A stretch of DNA of 63,594 bases, filler included, from Chiloscyllium plagiosum (taxonomy: Eukaryota), in the NCBI RefSeq assembly GCF_004010195.1. It is 4 parts of one record of this genome, joined end to end, with 100 filler letters (N's around TTAATTAATTAA, not from the genome) between each part and the next. Parts side by side here need not be neighbours in the genome. Positions count along the whole stretch, not along the records: positions 1 to 16,303 come from NC_057711.1; positions 16,404 to 46,339 come from NC_057711.1; 2 more parts are not named here. One strand, given 5' to 3'. The notes under the pieces are model-generated. The model made no database searches. It was not told the origin of the DNA and saw only the letters and a list, made by a program, of their open reading frames with translations. This document shows positions 12,252 through 22,912 of the stretch, piece after piece. The number at the start of each line of letters is the position of its first letter. The first letter of the stretch is position 1. A program made the position numbers and the translations under genes.

Positions 12252-12600
12252 TTGGCTAAGCATGCAAAAGAATATCTGCTAAGGAGCTCTCACAATGAAT
12301 TGATAGACTTGGTGGAAGAGGTGAAATGAGAGATGCCCTGAATCTGCATCAAAGCAGTAGAACCTTCAGATATTTACTGAGTAAGAATTGGGACTGCAAT
12401 ATTGAAGTGTATGCCAGAAGTACTCTATTACTGCTTATACTTTAGAGACTAGAATATGAAGAACCTGCATGTTTGGAGATACTGGATACATGTATGCAGA
12501 AGTCAAGACAAGAGGAAAGGAGAGAGCAGATTGCAAAAGCTCAGGGAGTGTGGTCAATTACTTACTCTACTGAAAGAGAAGTCAGCTGAGGACCTCAAGG
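12252..12600 (+). mobile_element. Harbinger-associated Myb/SANT-like ORF remnant (frameshifted)
   Basis: LAKHAKEYLLRSSHNELIDLVEEVK / RDALNLHQSSRTFRYLLSKNWDCNIEVYARS resembles the RFS..EL..LVEEV..RRD.L...W..IA.EV.A.S pattern. Confidence 0.55.
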
Positions 12601-13000
12601 ATCAAGATAAAAAAAGAGGTTGATGCATATTAAGTGTACTGGTCTGCCATAAAATCAGTGCTCAGGGCTTTTTGAAGAATTTGGATTTATGCATTACAAT
12701 ATGGAACAGATTGCCCATTGTAGAAACCACCATTACGCAGTGTTGCGAAATCATTGGCTTGAAAGATTGAGCAGTTTCTTGCTGAGGTATTGTTGATCTC
12801 ACCTACTGGAGAAATCCTAAGACAAATTGTATTTTGAAGACAATGGTTGGTCTTCAGGTTTAGGGGTGGGGTGGGGGAACGGGGAGGCGCGGGTGTTGTG
12901 ACTAGCGAAAACCCATCAAAGGTTTTATGCTCCTGTGCTTGGCAGTTATAGTCTGCAGGGCTGGGTCTCAGTGGATCTTCCTATCCCAATGTTTGTTTCG

Positions 13001-13216
13001 TTGATCAGAGGTGACAGGTGCCCCTGCAGTATTGTCATCCCAGAGTTGATATGGTGACAGGTTCCCCCTTACAACACGGTCATCCCCATTCCATGCACCA
13101 TAATTTTAATTAAAAGAAAATGTAGGAGATAAAAAAAATCCCTAAGGTGGCACATTTAAAATGAACAACAAAGTGAAGTGCCACCACTAGTCACATCACC
13201 AGCAACACGTGCCAGA
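13001..13216 (+). repeat. Local duplication, copy 1
   Basis: Collinear with 14262-14548 (catcccagagttgatatggtgacagg...ccctaaggtggcacattt|aaaatgaacaa...caccagcaacac.gtgccaga). Confidence 0.9.
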
Positions 13217-14261
13217 ACAGCAAAGTAAATGCCTCTTGATCAATCACAGAAATTGCACAAAACCATTAATTTCAGCTGTATTTTGAGTTAAACTAATACC
13301 AGATTACTTATGAAATAAATCATAAACTGCCTGATGTCCAGAAATGTCAGTCAGAATTGAGAAGAAATAGATAAAGAACTAATACTTCAGGAGCATCCCT
13401 TCATGTTTATATTGTTTGCTTTTGAAAAAGGTTTATTCTTCCAATGTTAATAGACAATTTGTGCCTCTATTTTAATTTACAAAGTTTTTTGTGTTTTCCC
13501 CTTAGTCTATCTCCAAAATCTGTTTTTATCTGTAGTGATAATATTATGAAAAAGTAACAGAAAATAGCATAAAAATAAATAGCAATATTTTTAATATGTT
13601 TGGTTATATTTTATTGATAATGCCAATGCAGTGCTGGCATAATCTTATTAAAACTGACCAACAGACAAAATTATTTTTGGATGTTTTTTACCTCCATTAT
13701 AATGCCCTAACAATAGTGTACACAACATAGGTACAGTTCTAGAAGTGGTTTACAAAATGTGTACTGTTCAAGTGATAATTTACACCTCAAACGTATTTTG
13801 AGAAATCCATAACTGAAGACTTTGCCTTGCAAATCGCTAAGCAACTGAGCACACATTGACGAATAAACCCAAGTTATCTAATTCCACCAGTTGTGAAATA
13901 TACATGAGGCTATTTATCTCAACCAGCCAGGAACAGTATATATTGGTAAATAGATAATGACCAACAAAAGTTTCTCATCTAATTTCCTCCTTATATTTTA
14001 TTCATTAACTCCTTTGTAAGCTCTTTTCCATGAAAATACATGCACTTTGATATGCTATCATTTGTTCAAAGTGGCTGAAATTTGAGATTCAGTATTATGA
14101 CATCAAGACATCATTCAAAACTGAAAAAAATAAAATAGATATGCAAAAATCCAAAAAGATTTAAGACAGATGGTAAGAGAAAATTTGAGGAAACATCATA
14201 AAAAAGATGCTGACCAGATGAAGCAGGGAATTCTACAACATTAAAATCCAGAATGATTTTA

Positions 14262-14548
14262 TCATCCCAGAGTTGATATCGTAACAGGTCCACCTGCAGC
14301 ATGTTCATCCCAGAGTTGATATGGTGACAGGTCCCCTTGTAACATAGTTATCCCCATTCCATGCGCCTCTCAGCCCATAATTTTAATTACAAAAAAATGT
14401 AGGAGATGAAAAAGAAAACACCCTAAGGTGGCACATTTAGAGTCATAGAGATGTGCAGGACGGAAACAGGCCCTTTGGTCCAACTCGTAAAATGAACAAT
14501 AAAGTGGAGCATCACCATTGGTCATGTCACCAGCAACACAGTGCCAGA
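14262..14548 (+). repeat. Local duplication, copy 2, interrupted by a HER1 tail
   Basis: Same sequence as 13001-13216, including a ~43-bp internal tandem unit, with an extra ~50 bp at 14439-14488. Confidence 0.9.
14439..14488 (-). mobile_element. Extremely 5'-truncated HER1 LINE tail
   Basis: agagtcatagagatgtgcaggacggaaacaggccctttggtccaactcgt is the reverse complement of the HER1 3' terminus. Confidence 0.85.
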
Positions 14549-14808
14549 TTTATGACTGCTTTAAACAGTAGAATTGTGTGACTATATAAGGAATTGTCTG
14601 GCACATTTATTGCTTCTATCCAATGTGTGCAAAGTCATTTGGAAAATACTAGATAGCTCCCCTCTTTGTTAAAGGAGGAGAAATTGGCTTATTCAAACTT
14701 ATTTTAGTTCGAGTTGTGAAGACAATGTTTTTATTTGCCTAAAATATGAAAAGATACTGCTTTAAATCAATGAAACTGCATAAGAAAGTGTTTATAATTT
14801 ATAAAAAC

Positions 14809-15619
14809 AATTCAGATAAATGCGAGGTGCTGTATTTTGGGAAAGCAAATCTTAGCAGGACTTATACACTTAATGGTAAGGTCCTAGGGAGTGTTGCTGA
14901 ACAAAGAGTCCTTGGAGTGCAGGTTCATAGCTCCTTGAAAGTGGAGTCGCAGGAAGATAGGATTGTGAAGAAGGCGTTCAGTATGCTTTCCTTTATTGGT
15001 CAGAGTATTGAGTACAGGAGTCGGGAGGTCATGTTGCAACTGTACAGGACATTGGTTAGACCATGTTGGAATATTGCGTGTAATTCTGGTCTCCTTCCTA
15101 TCGGAAAGATGTTGTGAAACTTGAAAGGGTTCAGAAAAGATTTATAAGGATATTGCCAGGATTGGAGGATTTGAGCTACAGGGAGAGGCTGAACAGGCTG
15201 GGGCTGTTTTCCCTGGAGCGTGGGAGGCTGAGGGGTGACCTTATACAGGTTTACAAAATTATGAAGGGCATGGATAGGATAAATAGGCTAAGTCTTTTTC
15301 CTGGGGTCGGGAAGTCCAGAACTAGAGGGCATAGGTTTAGGGTGAGGGGGCAAGATATAAAAGAGACCTAAGGGGCAACTTTTTCACGCAGAGGGTGGTA
15401 CGTGTATGGAATGAGCTGCCAGAGGAAGTGGTGAAGGCTGGTTCAATTGCAACATTTAAGAGGCATTTGGATGGGTATATGAATAGGAAGGGTTTGGAGG
15501 GATATGGGCTGGGTGCTGGCAGGTGGGATTAGATTGGGTTGGGATATCTGGTCGGCATGGACGGGTTGGTCCGAGGGGTCTTTTTCCATGCTGTATATCT
15601 CTATGACTCTATGACTCTA
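14809..15619 (+). mobile_element. HER1-type CR1 LINE 3' portion
   Basis: DKCEVLYFGK...LQLYRTLVRP and KLERVQKRFIRILPGL (frameshifted CR1 ORF2), with a (CTATGACT)n tail. Confidence 0.95.
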
Positions 15620-15665
15620 AGCCCCTAGAACACATTGTAACTCTAAGCCCCTAGATCACATTGTA
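15614..15665 (+). repeat. 26-bp tandem duplication at the LINE tail
   Basis: actctaagcccctagaacacattgta followed by actctaagcccctagatcacattgta. Confidence 0.9.
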
Positions 15666-15678
15666 AGCTATATCTACA

Positions 15679-16303
15679 ATGTTTGTGAGAAGATTTGTAG
15701 CTCGGGTGCTCGTTGCTGTGGTTCTGTTCGCCGAGCTGGAAATTTTTGTTGCAAACGTTTCGTCCCCTTTCATGGTCTCATTCGACGTAACGGCACTGTT
15801 CACCTCCATCGACAAAGCCCTAGCCAGAGAAACAATAGTCAACCTGCTGAACAGACATAACAGACAACAGGACATTGAACCCATCAACAAAGACGGCATA
15901 CTTAAACTACTGGACTTGTGCCTCACAACACACTTCACATTCAACAACCAGATATACGAACAAATCAACGGAACACCCATGGGCTCACCGATCTCGGGAC
16001 TCATAGCAGAAGCAGTAATGCAAAGGTTAGAACAAACAGTCTTACCACAAATTCAACCCAAACTCTGGGTCAGATACGTTGATGACACCTTTGTAATCAT
16101 TAAAAACACAGAAATAGAGAAAACACACCGGACCATCAACGCCACACTAACAGGAATCCAATTCACGAGAGAAGAAGAAAAGGATAACCAACTCCCATTC
16201 CTAGACGTGAAGGGACAGAGAACACCAAATGGAGAATTCACCACAAAGGTATACAGGAAAGCCACACACACAGACCAAATCCTGAACTATGAAAGCAACC
16301 ACC
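15679..16303 (+). mobile_element. Penelope-like (Poseidon-type) reverse transcriptase fragment preceded by an inverted 3' terminus
   Basis: MVSFDVTALFTSI...YEQINGTPMGSPISG...WVRYVDDTF...LPFLDV...YRKATHTDQ gives PLE RT motifs and runs into a gap. Bases ~15680-15766 match the minus-strand terminus at 63198-63250. Confidence 0.93.
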
Positions 16304-16403
16304 NNNNNNNNNNNNNNNNNNNNNNNNNNNNNNNNNNNNNNNNNNNNTTAATTAATTAANNNNNNNNNNNNNNNNNNNNNNNNNNNNNNNNNNNNNNNNN
16401 NNN
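16304..16403. other. Artificial 100-bp scaffold spacer (44N-TTAATTAATTAA-44N)
   Basis: The identical construct recurs at 46340-46439 and 58123-58222. Confidence 0.97.
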
Positions 16404-16519
16404 TTCTTCCTGACCTCTCCGCCCCCACCCCCACTCCAGCCTATCACCCTCACCTTGATCTCCTTCCAACACCCCTCCCCCAAGTCCCTCCTCCCTACCT
16501 TTTATCTTAGCCTGCTGGA
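16404..16519 (+). mobile_element. Penelope-like 3' region fragment
   Basis: Near-identical to 58273-58397. Confidence 0.85.
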
Positions 16520-16717
16520 CACAATTTTAGCACAGCCAATCTACCTAACCTGCACATCTTTGAACTGTGGGAGGAAACCGGAGCACCCGGCGGAAACCCG
16601 TGCAGACATGGAGAGAACGTGTAAACTCTACGCAGACAGTCGCCTAATGGTGGAATCAAACCTGGATCCTTGGTGCTGTGGGGCAGCAGTGCTAACCACT
16701 GAGCCACCATGCCACCC
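16520..16717 (-). mobile_element. HE1-type V-SINE (5' part)
   Basis: Reverse complement of the tRNA-like head (gggtggcatggtggctcagtggttagcactgctgcc) and the V-domain (gggtttcc.ccgggtgctccggtttcctcccacag). Confidence 0.9.
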
Positions 16718-16724
16718 TGTATGT

Positions 16725-17490
16725 AAGCAATTTGGATGAAAATGTAGGTGGTCTGATTAATAAGTTTGCAGGTGACACAAAAATTAGTTGTGGATTCTGA
16801 GGAAGCCTGTCATGGGATACTGCCAGATAGGGATTAATTAGGAAGTTGGGTGGAGAAATGGTAGATAGAGTTTAATTCCGGCAAGTGTGAAGTGGTGCAT
16901 TTTGGAACATCAAATGCAAGAGGACAGTATTCAGTAAATGGCAGGACCTTAGAAACATTCATGTACAGAGAGATCTAGCAGTGCAAGTCCATAGTTCTCT
17001 CCAAGTGATAAAAGAAGTGGATATGATCGTAAAGGAGTCATGTGGCATGCTTGCCTTCATTCGTTGGAACATTGAGTATGTAGGAATTTATGCATGAGTG
17101 TAAAAGTTGGCAAGTCATGTTGCCGCAGTAAGAAACCTTCAGCCACGTTTGGAGTATTGTATGCAGTTCTGGTTGCCACACTGTTGGAAGAATGTGGATG
17201 CTTCGGAGAGTGTTGCCTAGAATGTTGCCTAGATTGGAGTGTATTAGGAGCGGTGGCCAAGTGTCAATTGTTTTGCTGGAGCATTGGAGGCTGAGGGATG
17301 ATCTGACTGCAGTCTATAAAATTGTGAGAGGCATGAATAGGGTGGAGAGGATACCCAGGATGAAAATGTCAAATACCCAGGGGATGGGGGTGGGGATGCA
17401 GGAAAGGGAGGGGGGAGGGTCAGCATAGTTAGCATAGATATGATGAGTCATAGGGCCTGTTTCTGTGCATACTGTTCATGTTCTAAACAT
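16725..17490 (+). mobile_element. CR1 LINE RT/3' region, degraded
   Basis: aagtttgcaggtgacacaaaa (KFADDTK-like), gagtttaattccggcaagtgtgaagtggtgcattttgg and ttggagtattgtatgcagttctgg. Confidence 0.85.
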
Positions 17491-18884
17491 ACTATCTCTC
17501 AAGAATATTGGAATAAGCTGTCAAAATTTCCTTTCGAGCTGTTGTCATGGTCAAATTACCCATTTTAAACCATTCCGACTTTTGTAAAAATGGATGACAA
17601 AGAGATCTCATCTGATATCGAAGCAAGAGAGGGCGAAAGATTTAAACATGAAAGCTAATCTTGAAAAGATAATTAACCAGCAGCGTACACTGAAAACACA
17701 GGCTATTCATTAATTTGCTGAAATTCTGAGCAGCAAAGATATAAAAGTGGATTGAATGAAAGCAAATACACCAGTTGTACAGAAAAGAGAAACAGGATCT
17801 TTTGAGAGTTCTCCAATGAAATCAGACAGTCCAAAACTTCAGTCAACATCAAACTTGGAACAAAATCAGAATGGCTAAGTAAGATTTAATTTTGTCAAGT
17901 GTGGATATTCACAAGGATTTGTTTATTTGTTTTCCTTGGTTGAAGTTGCCTAGTTAATCAAACAGAAAATCAATTCTCAAAAAATGTTTATAAAATGGAG
18001 GGAGTCATACATTTATGTTATGAGCACGTGCAGTGTGCACTGGTGCGCCTTGGCATCTTGTCATCTTGGTGTTTGTCTTCTTCTGCAAATCCTCCTCAAT
18101 ATATAAGAATAACCTAATCGATGTCTGTCGACAAATGAAAGTCTGAATTCAAGTAACAATGTTGCATGCAAGTGGGTGATTTAACAATTTGATTGTGACC
18201 ATTGTTTTTATTTCTGCGTATTTCAGGTCTGAAGTAAATAAATGGAACTATGTTTAGGCTACATTTGATGGCTCAGCTTCATCTGTCCTCAGTGAATTGA
18301 TTTGAAACATTTAATGCAATCTTGGCATTGATTTTAGCCTGTACATATTGCCTTTATTTTCTGGTTACCTTGCTGCAAGTTAACAACGTGAATCATCTTC
18401 AAACCTCATTGTGTCTCTGAGAAAATTCATTTTCAGTTCAAGGAGTTAACTTCTATCAATTTGTAACAATGCCTGTAGTGGAGTTTGAGATATTTGAGGG
18501 AGAAGCTTATCACAGTGAGATATTATGGACCACAATAAACAGACTTTCTGTGTTGTTCACTGTTCTTGTTATCTGCGGAATTTGATTATCGTTAAATGTC
18601 AGACATTTAACGACTGGTTCAGCTGCGGGCAAATGAGTTGTTTCCTGTTAAGGTGCTCGGATGAAAGGGAGGAATGCAGGATTTGAAATGCAGCTGCAAG
18701 ATATCAGGTGTTGAGTGACGAAACACTGAGCAGCATTGGGAAAGCTGTAAAGATTTGCAACTATTCAGCCTTTCCAAACCACTGCAGGCTTATGCTCCAA
18801 AAGCCTATGTTCTCATGCAGAGATTACTTTTTAGTTTGGTGTTGAGATTTGTTTGAACTTGCACCACCCCTCACCACACTCACT

Positions 18885-19245
18885 GGGGAGGCAATGGCCT
18901 TGTGGTATTATTGCTGCACTGTTAATCCAGCAATGTTCTGGGGACCTGGGTTCAAATCCCACCATGGCAGATAGAACAATTTGAAGTTTTAAAAAAAACA
19001 ATCTGGATTTAAGAGTCTAATGATGACCATGAATCCATTGTCAATCATCAGAAAAACCTACTTGGTTCACTAATGACCTCTTGGGGAAATAAACGGTTAT
19101 CCTTTACCCGATCTGGCCTACATATGACTCCAAACTTACAGCAATGTGGTTGACTCTTAAATGTCCTCAGGGCAATTAGAGATGGGCAATAAGTACTGCC
19201 TAACCAGCAACACACACATCCTGTGAACAAATAATAAAAAAAAAA
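18885..19245 (+). mobile_element. SacSINE1-like DeuSINE
   Basis: tRNA-like head with B-box GGTTCAAATCCC, central tggttcactaatg...tctggcctacatatgactcca, and a LINE-derived tail gggcaattagagatgggcaataa...poly-A. Confidence 0.8.
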
Positions 19246-19708
19246 CAAGAAACATTCTCAATGCTAAAAAGCAATTCTGAACATACGCTGTTGATGAAGA
19301 GCAAAAGTTAGAATGTAGTGGATTTGTCAAAACCTAGACTATAAATAATATGCAACATTAAAAGATTTTTATTGTGGAGATGGATAGGGCATAAAGTGCA
19401 ATTTACATGAAGGTACAATGTACAGGAGTGCTGAATTTATTAATTTCTAATGAAAGGAAGTTTTGGCAGGGATGTATCTCAACAATGAAAAGTATATATT
19501 TTTTAATCCATATTAAACATTTTTATGCATGTTTGAGCTCATTATGTTCTCACTTTTCATGCCATGAATCTCCTGTTAAGTGTACTGATATTTTAAATAA
19601 GAATGCCTGTATTTAACCATACCAACCCTTTCATTGGAAATCTGATAAATGATGGTAATATGTAAATGCACACTTACATGGCACATACCTCGACTGCCAC
19701 TTTTTAAC

Positions 19709-19759
19709 CATGGTGACTGCCGGTTTAACTAACCAACATGGTGAGTGCCGGTTTAACTA
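19709..19759 (+). repeat. 28-bp-period tandem duplication
   Basis: catggtgactgccggtttaacta and catggtgagtgccggtttaacta. Confidence 0.85.
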
Positions 19760-20223
19760 GCAAATTATTTCTGAATCTGATGCGGGGAGAGTGAAAAATA
19801 AACATTTTGAAAATTGAAGCTCTAATGAAGGCTCACAGCATGGGGGTTTAATCAGCCTGCTGCAGGTTACAACATATTGTCAGTTCTTGAAATCTTGGCA
19901 AATATAATATTGGCTTCTGTTGTCAGTGATAGTTAATAGATGCTTCTGCACATAATAGGCGTTTACCTGTCTGTATTTGCCAAAGGTTTTGACCATGTTT
20001 CTTTGAAAACTACTGACAGAGCAATGCCATTCACATTGAGCATTAGCCTGCCATCTTTAGTAATTTAGCCTGCAGGCTTGTTTTCCTGTGCTGCATGTAA
20101 TAAGTCTTCGTGCATGTCATTATTTTGGAACAAAATAGGGCTTTGGGTGGACAGTTATGATTTTGGGCATCATGAAGGACCTGACTGACTCTAATTTGTG
20201 CTATCCAATCTTGCCTTGTCCTT

Positions 20224-20545
20224 CTGAACTGCTGTGCTCTTCCAGCACCACTAATCCAGAGCCTGAACTGCTGTGCTCTTCCAGCACCACTAATCCAGAA
20301 TCTGGTTTCCAGCATCTGCAGTCATTGTTTTTACCTCGTTGATTTTAACCGTACTGCGAATCTTCTTGCAAGGATGCCTGCCTTGAAGAAGTTTTCCACC
20401 TCTTCAAGAATCTCAGGGAGTCCCTCTCCCACTGCAACTCCCAGGTCATTTCCTCTGCCCTGAAGCTCTTCAACCATGTCGTGCTCACCCATTGTACTCT
20501 ATGCTACTTTCTCCCCCCCCCCACCCTCCTCTAGCTTATCTTGCA
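20224..20545 (+). mobile_element. Rearranged Penelope-like fragment with a 39-bp tandem duplication
   Basis: ctgaactgctgtgctcttccagcaccactaatccaga occurs twice, followed by ccagcatctgcagtc (terminal repeat) and internal element sequence. Confidence 0.7.
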
Positions 20546-20766
20546 GTTTGTTTGTCATCTCTCTCACTTCTGTGCAAATGCCTGCTGGAATGCGGATAGG
20601 CATCTTTTCCAGTTTCTGCATGACAACACTGAGATGATTTCTAAGTTCAGGTTCGAGAGTAAGAACATTGTTGCAAATAACTCTCCTCCTGTTTCTCCAA
20701 AACCTATCCACCACCTACAAACCACAAATATGTGACACAATACCCTCCATTTGTCTGGATCTGAGC

Positions 20767-21190
20767 ACCAGATATCCTAATCTAATCTAGTCACATTTGT
20801 AGCACTTGGCCCATGTCTCTCTCAACCCTCCCTATTCACACTCCCATCCAGATGCTTTTTAAATGGTATTATTGTACCAGCCTCCAACACTTCCTCTAGC
20901 AACACCCTTTGCATGAAAAAGTTGTCCCTTAGGTCTCTTTTAAATGTTTCCCCTCTCACCATAAATATATGCCCTCTAGTTTCCACACCCAAGGGAAAAG
21001 ACCTTGTGTATTTATCCTCTCCGTGCCCCTCATGATTTTGTAAATCTCTGTAAGGTCACCCCTCAGCCTCTGTCGCTCCAGGGAAAACAGCCTCATCCTA
21101 TTAAACCTCTCCCAATAGCAACTCTAGCAACATCATTGTAAATTTTTTCTGAACCTGTTGGACCAAAGTGTCTGTACACATCTCTATGAC
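20767..21190. mobile_element. HER1 insertion with 5' inversion (20767-21155 minus; 21157-21190 plus tail)
   Basis: A reverse-complement HER1 body joined to the forward 3' terminus gttggaccaaag...tctctatgac. Confidence 0.8.
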
Positions 21191-21646
21191 CTCCAGCAAC
21201 ACTCAAGAAAGTTGTCACTATCCAGGACAAAGCACCATGTCCATAAGCATTCACTACGTCCACACTGACACCTTGTAGCAGCAGTATGTACTATTCACAA
21301 GATGCACTGCAGAAATTCTCCAAGGCTTTTCAGGCAAAATTTTCCAAACTCATGACCACTACCATCATTAAGTACAAAGGTTGCAGATACGTGGGAATAC
21401 CACTACCTGCAAGTTCCCCTCCAAGCCACTCCGCTGCTTCACTTGGATATATATTGCTGTTTATTCAGTGTCATTGGGTAAAAATCCTGTCAGTTCTTCC
21501 CAGATAGTATTATGGGTCTGCCAACATCAAATGGATTGCGCCAGTTTTTTAAAAAAAGCTCAACAGCACCTTCTCAATGTTAACTAGGAATTGGCATAAA
21601 TGCTACCCAACCAGCAACACCCATGACCTGTGAATGAATGAAAAAA
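21191..21646 (+). mobile_element. CR1/L2-group LINE 3' end sharing its tail with the DeuSINE
   Basis: ctccagcaacactcaagaa..ccaggacaaagca...cacaagatgcactgcag...ccagcaacaccca..tgaatgaatgaaaaaa; it continues from ~20735-20766 across the HER1 insert. Confidence 0.8.
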
Positions 21647-22149
21647 TACAAGTGCAGAAACCAAATAGGAATGGTATTCAGAATACCATTATATAACTGG
21701 TATTGCAATCATCAATTTTAAAAAGAACAGTGTGATTGGTGGGCTATTGTATTTTCAGTGAAATTATTTCTTACACAGGCATAATTTGATCAGTGTGTTG
21801 CAAAGTCCCCTTGGATAACAGAGATCAGGAGTTTAAGAGAAAGAGAATGCTGTAACACATTGTACTTTGGCACATTCACCAGTTCTCAAGGTGTGTCCTG
21901 ATCATGTAACTGTACACACCCAACTATTTCAATATTTTATGACCTATTCCAATGAATTATTCTGCTTTTACCCAGGTCACAATGAGTCCTTGTTTTGGAT
22001 GAGAAACTAAACTGATAACTTGCAGGGCATTTCCATGTAAGACTGTTATGACAACTTAAGTAATAGTGTCAGTACCCTCAGCCCTTCTTGTTTCATGCCA
22101 ATGCCAAAATCAAACAAAGTGTGTTTTTGAATGATCTTTTTACTGGAAC

Positions 22150-22390
22150 GTGGAAAAACGAATAAGACATTTAGCCCCTCAAGCCTGTTCCATTATTCAA
22201 TGGATGATCTCTGACCTAATACCTTCCTTTGGCCCATGCCCATGAATGCCTTCGCTTAATGCAAAAAAAATTGTCTCAGATTTAAAATTAATGACTGATC
22301 TATCATCCACTGCCATTTGTGGAAGAGAGTTCCAAACATCTTTGTATGTAGAAGTTCTTTGTGGCATTTCTCCTGAATGGACTGGGCTTA
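22150..22390 (-). mobile_element. CR1 3' end fragment
   Basis: atttagcccctcaagcctgttccattattcaa...ggaagagagttccaaac. Confidence 0.7.
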
Positions 22391-22609
22391 ATTCTAATGA
22401 CTATGACCTTTTGAGAAAGTTCGTTTCCAGACTACATTATTAGGCATTTGTTACATTGCATTGGCTTCAGATGTCTAACTTTCTGATGAGAGCATTTTGT
22501 GTCCATTTTGTGAGCAAAGATTTTCTACAGAAAACATTTTGACATTGTCTGTGTACAGCTTTCTCTCTTGGTGTGACTCAGTACATTTATCTTCTTGACC
22601 TGCAGATAT

Positions 22610-22720
22610 TTTCAACCAGTCTGTTCAGACATTTATTGACACATCTCTGAGCAGGTGGGATTTTAAGCCCGGTGTTCTGGTCTGCAAGTAGAAAAGCTCC
22701 AGCTATGCCATAAGAGCCCT
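22610..22720 (-). mobile_element. tRNA-derived SINE head (family related to 59250-59355)
   Basis: Reverse complement resembles agggctcttatggcatag...aatcccacctgctcagagatgtgtcaataa...gttgaaaat. Confidence 0.5.
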
Positions 22721-22912
22721 TCTCATTGAGCTATGCACTTGCTTTGATAAATGTAATCTTTCAAGTGAAAGTAATGGTTTCTTGCACAGCTATTCAAATT
22801 CTAGCACATTTACTTCTTGAAGAAATGTTTTTATCTTGCTCCATTGCCACTGATGCCATTTTTCACCTCTGGCCATCTGCTCTGATTGAATGAGCTAGCA
22901 CTTCATGAAGCA

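Noticed and set aside
13140..13153. CTCF-like CCCTAAGGTGGCAC (also at 14421, and a weak one near 54010)
   Set aside because: The 5' half matches the consensus poorly.
13010..14350. Short direct repeats (catcccagagttgatat...) resembling a CRISPR array
   Set aside because: The units are contiguous tandem copies without unique spacers, there are no cas genes, and the context is eukaryotic.
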